A program made the position numbers and the translations under genes. Positions 17,781 to 24,632 of a stretch of DNA of 35,741 nt are shown one piece after another (positions within the stretch are counted from its first letter, which is position 1; each line of letters starts with the position of its first letter). The stretch comes from Deltaproteobacteria bacterium (GTDB lineage: Bacteria; UBA10199; 2-02-FULL-44-16), in contig JACQOX010000113.1 of assembly GCA_016202335.1 (NCBI GenBank), positions 1 to 35,741 on the forward strand, read 5' to 3'. Under the pieces are notes generated by a model. It was not told the DNA's origin. It saw only the letters and a list, made by a program, of their open reading frames with translations, and did no database searches.

Positions 17781-17816
17781 TTCATAGCCTGTCCCAATTC
17801 TTTTTAAGAGATGAAA

Positions 17817-18176
17817 TTAGAGGCGGGCATTATCCTGATCATCTTCCAGATGAAATGTATGGAGGAAGCGGTGGATGATGGGAGCGAGCACGATCACGAT
17901 GATGCTCAAAAAAGCGATGCCGCTGAAGAGAGCATAACACGAAGCAAAAATTTTTGCCGAAGGTGTGGTCATGGTATCCACGGGGCCCATGCCCGTCAGA
18001 ATCATCGATGCATTCAGAAAGGCGTCGATCCAGGGAAGCCTTCCGAAGACGTGATATCCGAGGATGCCGATGCCAAGGGCGATGGCAATGATGATTGCCG
18101 CGACGCCGAAGTTTTTGAGGAGTCGCTTGAAGTATTCTTCACGCGACAGGAGCGGATGGCGGTGGTGTTCAAACAT
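17817..18176 (-). CDS. Small 2-TM membrane protein with an ion-channel-like pore-loop topology
   Basis: 119 aa. TM1 is FGVAAIIIAIALGIGILGYHVF. The pore-helix-like segment is LPWIDAFLNASMILTGMGPVD. TM2 is KIFASCYALFSGIAFLSIIVIVLAPII. The layout resembles KcsA-type 2TM/P channels, but the filter reads TGMGP instead of TVGYG. The ATG at 18176 overlaps the end of lat by 8 nt. Confidence 0.65.
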   Translation of the reverse strand: MFEHHRHPLLSREEYFKRLLKNFGVAAIIIAIALGIGILGYHVFGRLPWIDAFLNASMILTGMGPVDTMTTPSAKIFASCYALFSGIAFLSIIVIVLAPIIHRFLHTFHLEDDQDNARL

Positions 18177-19488
18177 GAGCCTTCACCGCCTTTTGGAGGA
18201 TCTCCACGGCTAAATTTATTTCTTTTTCCGTTACCGTAAGCGCCGGTCGGAAGCGGATGGAGCGTGTACCGCAGGGAAGGATGATCATGCCGAGGTCGTA
18301 ACATTTATCGATCACGCGGTTGCGTTCGTCGGTCGACGGCAGATCGATGGCGCACAAGAGGCCGCGGCCACGGGCATTGGTGATTGAAGGATGTTTGGCG
18401 GAGAGTTTTTGCAGTTCAGCAAGGAGATAACCTCCAATTTTTTGTGCGTTCGCCAGGAGGTTATCGCGTTCGATCACTTCCAAGATTTTTCCGACGCGCA
18501 CGAAATCAACGAGGTTGCCGCCGAATGTTGAGTTGATACGGCTCGATTCAGTGAAAACATTATTCGTAATTTCGTCGAGGCGTTTTCCCGCAAGCACGCC
18601 ACAGACTTGGGTTTTCTTACCGAAAGCGAGGAGGTCGGGAACCACACCAAGCTGCTGGTAAGCCCACATCGTACCCGTGAGTCCAATGCCCGTCTGTACT
18701 TCATCAAAGATCAAAAGCATTTCGTGTTCATCGCAAATGGTGCGTAAAGCCTTCAAAAATTCTGGACGGAAGTGATTGTCGCCGCCTTCGGATTGGATGG
18801 GTTCAATGATGATGGCCGCAATATCATGTGGATTTTGTTTCAACGCGGCATGGATTTGATCAACGGCTTTTGCTTCCGCTTGCTTGGTGTTTGCCAGATT
18901 TTGTGCGGTCACAGGAAAAGCAAGTGCTGGGGTATCAATGCGCGGCCAGTCGAATTTTGCGAAATACTGATATTTCCGAGGATCAGCAGTGTTGGTGAGC
19001 GAGAGTGTATAGCCCGAACGTCCATGAAAGGCGTTTTTGAAATGGATGACCTGATAGCCTTTTTCTCCGGTGATGCCTCGTGCAAAATTCTTTTTCACCT
19101 TCCAGTCAAACGCTGCTTTGAGCGCATTTTCCACGCCAAGTGCGCCGCCTTCGATGAAGAACACATGCGGCAGTTCTTCGGGGATGGCGACACGGCCGAA
19201 GATGTCGATCGCTTCGGCATATTCGAGCGTATAGATGTCTGAATTCGAAACTTTGGTGATGGCCGCTCGCGTGAGCTTCTTCAGAAATTCAGTTTCCATC
19301 AAGGCTGGATGGTTAAAGCCCAAGGGAAGGGTTGCGAAAAAAGTGAACATATCCAGGAAATCGCGACCGCTTTTCGCGTCGTGCAGCCAGCAACCGCGGC
19401 TTTTCTCAAGATCGCAGACGATGTCATAACCGTCGGTGAGCAGGTGTTGGCTTAACGTTTCGTGGACATTGTTGGGAGTGAGGGCCAT
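18169..19488 (-). CDS. lat: L-lysine 6-transaminase (lysine epsilon-aminotransferase)
   Basis: The blocks FTFFATLPLGFNHPAL, FFIEGGALGVENALKAAFDWK, FHGRSGYTLSLTNT, FDWPRID, EPIQSEGGDNHFRPEF and LIFDEVQTGIGLTGTMWAYQQLG..PDLLAFGKKTQVCG closely match Mycobacterium and Streptomyces Lat as I remember them. I start the gene at ATG 19488 (MALTPNN...), which has AAGGAG upstream and gives 439 aa. The track extension to 19590 is probably non-coding. Confidence 0.9.
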   Translation of the reverse strand: MALTPNNVHETLSQHLLTDGYDIVCDLEKSRGCWLHDAKSGRDFLDMFTFFATLPLGFNHPALMETEFLKKLTRAAITKVSNSDIYTLEYAEAIDIFGRVAIPEELPHVFFIEGGALGVENALKAAFDWKVKKNFARGITGEKGYQVIHFKNAFHGRSGYTLSLTNTADPRKYQYFAKFDWPRIDTPALAFPVTAQNLANTKQAEAKAVDQIHAALKQNPHDIAAIIIEPIQSEGGDNHFRPEFLKALRTICDEHEMLLIFDEVQTGIGLTGTMWAYQQLGVVPDLLAFGKKTQVCGVLAGKRLDEITNNVFTESSRINSTFGGNLVDFVRVGKILEVIERDNLLANAQKIGGYLLAELQKLSAKHPSITNARGRGLLCAIDLPSTDERNRVIDKCYDLGMIILPCGTRSIRFRPALTVTEKEINLAVEILQKAVKAHV

Positions 19489-19538
19489 GAGGGCTCCTTT
19501 TTCAGAGGTTGGGCGTATGAACCACTTGTAAAAAAAAC

Positions 19539-19570
19539 ACGCAACAAAATATGATGGGCTGCCGATAGTA
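19539..19570 (+). promoter_or_regulatory. Two-box promoter-like motif, copy 4: ACGCAAC-N14-TGCCGATAGTA
   Basis: AAAAAC is followed by ACGCAAC (19539-19545), a 14-nt spacer and TGCCGATAGTA (19560-19570). The ATG of the 437-aa gene is at 19596, and AAGGAAG lies in the leader. Confidence 0.5.
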
Positions 19571-19595
19571 AAGCCAAAGGAAGAATACATCTCTT

Positions 19596-20909
19596 ATGAC
19601 AACCCCCATCGCTTCATCGCTTCCCATGGCCTGTTATGCTTCGCTTGTGGGGACAGCTCCGGCTGATTTCCAAACAACGCATGCCTTTGTGGCAGGTTCG
19701 CATTATCAACTTTCTGCAAATGTTCCCCCGTGGAAGCAAAGTTCATGGATTCCATTTTTTCGCGCGGGATATCCTGACTTGGGACGCCTCACCACAGCAC
19801 AAGTGGAAACTCTTCTCCAACGCAGTGAAATCGTAACTGCGCCTTCCGTACAGCGCAGCTTGGAAGAAATGTTGGCGTACGCCCAAGAAACTCCGCGATT
19901 CCTTGATGCCCAAGGTCATATTCTGCCGCTCTGGAATGATTTGCTCGCGGATCCACAGGCGGCGACGCCTGCTGCTGCGATCTTTCGCACCGATCTTGCT
20001 GAAGTACTGAAAGGTGTTTCGGAGATTTCTCCCGAAGTGGCGGAAACACTTAATCTCCTCATTGAGTTGGAAGCGACCTGTGGCGGCATGGCGCGTGAAA
20101 CCATGGATCATCTCGAGGCTTCCCATTCACCGCGGCTGCTACGAGCACTCTTACGCCGCGCGAGCGCTGATCGACTTATCGCTTTCGAAAACCTTCCCCG
20201 CTACGTGCGCATCGCTCTCTCTCAGCAAAAAATAGAATTTCGCACTTTTGAAGATCTGCTCTGGCTGGTGGCCTATCATCGGCAAGAAGGTCGTGATGAT
20301 GCGCTTCAGGCGTTGGCGATGAGTCATAACAATGCGGAAATTGTTTACCACGCCGCTTCCGAAACACTTTCCGTCTACGCCGATAAAGTTTTTTCTATGC
20401 CGACGCACGTCTCTGAACTTCTGGCGCTGCATTTGTTTGACCCGGAGAGTTATCCACCTGCAGATCGCTGGCTTGCTGATCACAAACCGGAATCGCTCTA
20501 TCGCGGTTTTCGGGTGCGCTTTGTCAAGGTATCGGGAGATCAGCATGCAGAATGGATTGGCAGCAAAGATGGGAGATCATTTACGCCCAATATCGAGTCT
20601 GATGTTGCAACTCTTCGCGCTCTGTCCGCCGATGCTGCGGATATGGCTGTCGCCCATTTGCGGGAACTCCAATACGGGACCCGGCCGCTCACGCGAGATG
20701 AAATTGAACAATGGCGCAACGCCATTCGCGAGTTCCAGGAAGCGCAAACGTGTGAAGATTTTCTCTTCGATATCAGATCTGCCAAGGCGGAGGAGATGGT
20801 GGTTTGGCTCTTGGCGGAATTCAGACTGTATCGTTATGGCGTGAAAACGCGCATGGAGTGGCCGCGTGCCTACAGCTTTGATCCGCCACCAGGAAGGAGA
20901 AATCGATGA
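19596..20909 (+). CDS. Hypothetical protein (437 aa)
   Basis: Long ORF with no recognisable domain. Its stop overlaps the next gene's start (ATGA at 20906-20909). Confidence 0.8.
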   Translation: MTTPIASSLPMACYASLVGTAPADFQTTHAFVAGSHYQLSANVPPWKQSSWIPFFRAGYPDLGRLTTAQVETLLQRSEIVTAPSVQRSLEEMLAYAQETPRFLDAQGHILPLWNDLLADPQAATPAAAIFRTDLAEVLKGVSEISPEVAETLNLLIELEATCGGMARETMDHLEASHSPRLLRALLRRASADRLIAFENLPRYVRIALSQQKIEFRTFEDLLWLVAYHRQEGRDDALQALAMSHNNAEIVYHAASETLSVYADKVFSMPTHVSELLALHLFDPESYPPADRWLADHKPESLYRGFRVRFVKVSGDQHAEWIGSKDGRSFTPNIESDVATLRALSADAADMAVAHLRELQYGTRPLTRDEIEQWRNAIREFQEAQTCEDFLFDIRSAKAEEMVVWLLAEFRLYRYGVKTRMEWPRAYSFDPPPGRRNR

Positions 20910-21667
20910 GTGTATTATTGGGTGTAGCGGCAGTTTCCGGGTTGAATGTGGGTTCGCTGGGAATACATTTCTCGCAGATTCCAGCAGGAATCTACCAGAT
21001 TGGCCATGCGAATGATCGAGATAATCCAGTGCGAATGGTGAATACATCTGGTTTTGAATTGGCCGTTACGACGACGACCAAAGCCCACTATGCAGCGGGA
21101 TTGAGACAACTGGGGAAAACGACAACAGTGCTGATGGTGGAATCTGAGCGAGATCGTTCTTTTTCAATTCTTGCACGAGGCACGGAAGCTGAAATTGGCG
21201 CTGTTTCGCATGATGAGCTCATGGAAATAATTCGGGAGATGCACCTGATGGAGCAACGTGGAAAGCGAGTCGGAGATCATGTGTTGAACGGTGCCTTGCA
21301 GGCGTTTGATGTGGGGACGGAATTTCGAGTGATTCCTGTGACGTTTAAGACACCTTTTGAGCCAGAGATTGGGGAAAATGATCACTCCATGCTGGTGACG
21401 GGCTATGAGGCGATCGCTTTTGCCGCATTATTTGGCGTTTCGCTTCCAACGGGAGAAGAGTGGGAAATCGCAGCTAGACTTGATTTGCCTGCAATGCAGT
21501 GGGGTGATGATGAATGGATGAATAATAGTTGTGATGATGATGAGATAGAAATGAGGGAATTGCGCTGCTTTTGGCGTGTGAATGTGGCGTATGGTAACGC
21601 CGAGCGTCCGGACAAAGGGGATTACACTTTTCCTTTTCGGTTGCTTCGAAAAGCTCAATCCTCGTGA
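20906..21667 (+). CDS. Divergent FGE/SUMF1 (formylglycine-generating-enzyme fold)-like domain protein
   Basis: Weak but ordered resemblance to the FGE-sulfatase domain:
- IPAGIYQIGHAN..DNPVRMVNTSGFELAVTTTTKAHY compared with IPxGxFxMGS...PxHxVxLxxFxIxxxxVTNxxY.
- LPTGEEWEIAAR compared with LPTEAEWEYAAR.
- WGDDEWMNN compared with GNVWEW.
- A terminal FPFRLL compared with GFR.
A long insertion lies between the first and second blocks. SD AGGAAGGAG is upstream. Confidence 0.45.
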   Translation: MSVLLGVAAVSGLNVGSLGIHFSQIPAGIYQIGHANDRDNPVRMVNTSGFELAVTTTTKAHYAAGLRQLGKTTTVLMVESERDRSFSILARGTEAEIGAVSHDELMEIIREMHLMEQRGKRVGDHVLNGALQAFDVGTEFRVIPVTFKTPFEPEIGENDHSMLVTGYEAIAFAALFGVSLPTGEEWEIAARLDLPAMQWGDDEWMNNSCDDDEIEMRELRCFWRVNVAYGNAERPDKGDYTFPFRLLRKAQSS

Positions 21668-21734
21668 CATCTGCGCAGATGATGACTTTGGATAAATCGC
21701 GAGTATTTTTGCCTGGTGGCAAAAAACATCGTGG

Positions 21735-22907
21735 TTACCGATACGCCTCAATCCCCGTGATATCCGCGCCGATGATGAGGGTGTGCATATCGTGCGTGCC
21801 TTCGTACGTGTACACGCTTTCGATGTTCATCATGTGGCGGATCACTGGATATTCATCCAAAATGCCGTTGGCTCCCAGGATTTCGCGCGCGAGGTGGGAA
21901 ATGTCGCGGGCGATTTTGGCGTTGTTCATCTTGCCCATGGAAATGTGGGTGTGGCGGGCCTTGCCGGCGTCTTTGAGGCGACCGAGTTGCAGCGCCAAGA
22001 GTTGTCCTTTGGTAATTTCCGTGAGCATTTCCACCAATTTTTTCTGCGTCATCTGAAAGCCGGCGATGGGTTTGTCGAATTGAATGCGCGACTTGGAATA
22101 ATCTAGCGCGGCTTCGTAGCAGGCCATGGCTGCGCCGAGCGCCCCCCAGGCGATGCCGTAGCGGGCCTGGCTCAAACACGAAAGCGGGGCCTTGAGGCCT
22201 TCCGCCTTGGGGAGTCGATTGGCTTCAGAGACGACGACATCTTGCAGAACGAGTTCGGACGTGACTGACGCGCGCAAAGAAAACTTTCCCGTCATCTCCG
22301 GAGCAGAATATCCCTTCATGCCTTTTTCGACCAAGAACCCCAACACCTGATCGTTTTCATCTTTGGCCCAGACGATGGCGACGTCCGAGATCGTGCCGTT
22401 GGTGATCCACATCTTGGCACCGGAAAGCACCCAGTCGTTGCCTTTGCGCCGCGCGCGGGTGATCATCCCACCGGGATTGGAGCCGAAGTCCGGTTCGGTG
22501 AGACCGAAGCAGCCGATCTTGGTTCCGGCTGCGAGTTCTGGCAGCCATTTCTTTTTTTGCTCTTCCGAACCGAAGGCGAAAATCGGATACATGACGAGCG
22601 ATCCTTGCACCGAGCAAAAGCTGCGGACACCGGAATCGCCGCGCTCCAGTTCCTGCATGAGCAGGCCGTAGGCAACATTGTTGAGACCGGCGCAACCGTA
22701 TTCGGTAGGGAGATTGGATCCAAAAAATCCCTGCTCAGCCATCTTGGGAACAAGGCCTGCTGGGAACGTGGCTTCGCGATTGTGTTTTTCGATGATGGGC
22801 AACACTTCGCCGTCGACGAATGCGCGCGCAGCATTTTGAATCATCTTTTCGTCGTCGGAAAGCAGACCATCGATGCCGAAATAATCCGTGGATGTGAGTT
22901 TGCTCAT
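21735..22907 (-). CDS. gcdH: Glutaryl-CoA dehydrogenase
   Basis: 390-aa acyl-CoA dehydrogenase. N-terminal DYFGIDGLLSDDEKMIQNAARAFVDGEVLP, then GCFGLTEPDFGSNPGGM and C-terminal YTYEGTHDMHTLIIG are typical of the GCDH subfamily. SD GAGGGAAA is upstream. Confidence 0.88.
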   Translation of the reverse strand: MSKLTSTDYFGIDGLLSDDEKMIQNAARAFVDGEVLPIIEKHNREATFPAGLVPKMAEQGFFGSNLPTEYGCAGLNNVAYGLLMQELERGDSGVRSFCSVQGSLVMYPIFAFGSEEQKKKWLPELAAGTKIGCFGLTEPDFGSNPGGMITRARRKGNDWVLSGAKMWITNGTISDVAIVWAKDENDQVLGFLVEKGMKGYSAPEMTGKFSLRASVTSELVLQDVVVSEANRLPKAEGLKAPLSCLSQARYGIAWGALGAAMACYEAALDYSKSRIQFDKPIAGFQMTQKKLVEMLTEITKGQLLALQLGRLKDAGKARHTHISMGKMNNAKIARDISHLAREILGANGILDEYPVIRHMMNIESVYTYEGTHDMHTLIIGADITGIEAYR

Positions 22908-22926
22908 ATGATTTCCCTCTACGCTT

Positions 22927-22953
22927 ACCAGTAACTGACAGTCAGTTATTGGT
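22927..22953. promoter_or_regulatory. Operator-like palindrome, proximal copy: ACCAGTAACTGAC-A-GTCAGTTATTGGT
   Basis: 27-nt inverted repeat with one arm mismatch, 20 nt upstream of the gcdH ATG. On the gcdH strand a TTGACC hexamer (22956-22951) directly abuts it. Confidence 0.6.
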
Positions 22954-23011
22954 CAATTTTGGATTTACTGTATTGTAACGATACTCATAGATAAAATGGT
23001 GAAGCTGGGGT

Positions 23012-23040
23012 TACCAATAACTGACAGTCAGTTATTGGTA
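23012..23040. promoter_or_regulatory. Operator-like palindrome, distal copy: TACCAATAACTGAC-A-GTCAGTTATTGGTA
   Basis: Perfect 29-nt palindrome with 14-nt arms and one central base. It ends one base before the stop codon of the GlgA-like gene (23041). Its centre is 86 nt from the centre of the proximal copy. Confidence 0.6.
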
Positions 23041-24480
23041 TTATCGTAATGCTGCGGGCGGCCGAGAAAGCATCTGATGATAACGTTCAAAATACAGCTG
23101 AACCGATGTGTCCCAACTAAAATTGCGGTTCATTCCAAGAGTCATGCGCCGTTCTCGTTCTTGAGGGTTCCGCCAGGCATTGACAGCTTGGCGAACGCCC
23201 GCAGCAATTTCATCAGGAGAATTATCCCATGTCACAAAGCCTACTCCCCGTGCGGTATCTGGCATTCCGCCGTAAGGAGTGACGACGGGAATCAGTCCAT
23301 AACGTACCGCCATTTTAGGGGCCAGTCCATCTGGCTCTCCTCGCGAGGGATGAAGAAATATATCAGCACCTGCCAGAAGACGATGGGCAAGTACAGGATC
23401 ATACGATGTCTTTACTGCGACTCTTCCGGGATAGCGATGTTGCCATCCCTCAACCATTGTATCGTAGCCTTTCGTTGTTGGGCTTCCAAGGGTGATCAAT
23501 CCAATGGGATGATTTTCCATGAGCGTTGAAAAGGCAGCGTCAATGACGTCGATACCTTTACTCCAAGACAGGCGAGAATGAACGGCTACGATAGGATCGT
23601 CTTCATCGACCGATAAGCTCCATTCCGAGCGAAGGGTTCGACGATTTAAATCCTTTCCATCTGGTGCTGATGCTGAAAATGACGAATGAATATGCGGATC
23701 GCTGCTCGGATCCCACTCCAAGCCCAGGCCGTTGGGAATTCCAAAGAATCTCCCCTCTACGAAGTCTTGGCGAAAAATGCCCTGCATTCCTAATCCAAAA
23801 CGGTCCGTCTGAACTTCATAAGCATAATTTCGACTTACAACGTTCGTTGCATCGGCGGCTAAAACTGCCGCTCGGATGAGGTCAACTTTACCATCGTTGA
23901 TTAAGGAATCTCTAAGATCGTCGAGACTGGGGAAATTTGAAAGAACATTTAAGGGAAATCTTCCCTGGTTGGTGGTTCCATGCAGTGTAAATAAAAAGCG
24001 AGAGTGTTTCATCAGTTCGCGATGTTCCGCATGTCTGCGAAAGAAAACAGCGGCCAGAGTTCCAGCACGGCCATGACCATGAATGATATCCGGTCGGATG
24101 TCTGCCAGTTTGCAGATTTCGAAGAGACTTTTTCCCTGTAAAATATAGCGACCGAATTCTATGTCTTCATAATTTTTGAAAAAATCGGTAAAAAAGGGAT
24201 GCTGTGCAAAAAATATCCTGACGGTTCGATCTGTTCCGGGAACCGGCAAAAAACTTTGGAAAATACCAACGGCTTCCTTTCGTTCGCCAGTATTCACTTC
24301 AATGTCCCCAATTTTTTGGAGATCTGCGTGCTGGTAGGTGGACTCAGAATAAAGGGGTAAGAGGACCGAAACGTCAGCTCCGTATTTTGCCTGCGCGGTC
24401 GTAAGCGCGTGCATCACATCGGCAACGCCGCTTCCACGAATATAGGGATTCATCAAAGAGGCTACGTGAAAGATTTTCAT
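23041..24480 (-). CDS. Glycogen/starch-synthase-like glycosyltransferase (GT5-like)
   Basis: N-terminal MKIFHVASLMNPYIRGSGVADVMHALTTAQAKYGADVSVLLPLY aligns with the GlgA N-terminus ([27 protein letters not shown]...), but KTGGL is replaced by RGSGV. C-terminal SRGEPDGLAPKMAVRYGLIPVVTPYGGMPDT resembles the GlgA E-x7-E / GGLxDT region. Confidence 0.7.
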   Translation of the reverse strand: MKIFHVASLMNPYIRGSGVADVMHALTTAQAKYGADVSVLLPLYSESTYQHADLQKIGDIEVNTGERKEAVGIFQSFLPVPGTDRTVRIFFAQHPFFTDFFKNYEDIEFGRYILQGKSLFEICKLADIRPDIIHGHGRAGTLAAVFFRRHAEHRELMKHSRFLFTLHGTTNQGRFPLNVLSNFPSLDDLRDSLINDGKVDLIRAAVLAADATNVVSRNYAYEVQTDRFGLGMQGIFRQDFVEGRFFGIPNGLGLEWDPSSDPHIHSSFSASAPDGKDLNRRTLRSEWSLSVDEDDPIVAVHSRLSWSKGIDVIDAAFSTLMENHPIGLITLGSPTTKGYDTMVEGWQHRYPGRVAVKTSYDPVLAHRLLAGADIFLHPSRGEPDGLAPKMAVRYGLIPVVTPYGGMPDTARGVGFVTWDNSPDEIAAGVRQAVNAWRNPQERERRMTLGMNRNFSWDTSVQLYFERYHQMLSRPPAALR

Positions 24481-24632
24481 GTCGGCTCCTGGCTAATGAT
24501 GATTGATACAGCAGCAGCTGGTTTCGGGGTGACGCGCGCCCACAGAGCAGTAGTCGGTGAAGATGTCAAGAAAAGTGCCTGGGGGGAATACAATTGCGCT
24601 GGCGTTTGATTTCTAGTATCCGCCGGGACCTT

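Noticed and set aside
17811-18239. 142-aa plus-strand ORF
   Set aside because: It is antisense to the 119-aa pore-loop gene and the 3' end of lat. Its translation is low-complexity and has no motif. The minus-strand genes have clear topology or homology and are coupled.
19489-19590. N-terminal extension of lat in the ORF track (MYSSFGFTIG...)
   Set aside because: Homology to Lat begins at MALTPNN (ATG 19488), which has AAGGAG upstream. The extension would also run through the promoter-like motif of the divergent gene.
21706-21725. Hairpin TTTTTGCC-TGGT-GGCAAAAA between the convergent FGE-like and gcdH genes, considered as a bidirectional terminator
   Set aside because: The T-run lies 5' of the stem and the A-run lies 3' on both strands, so neither transcript would have the U-tract after the stem. 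Only 3 G-C pairs are present. It is not a canonical intrinsic terminator.
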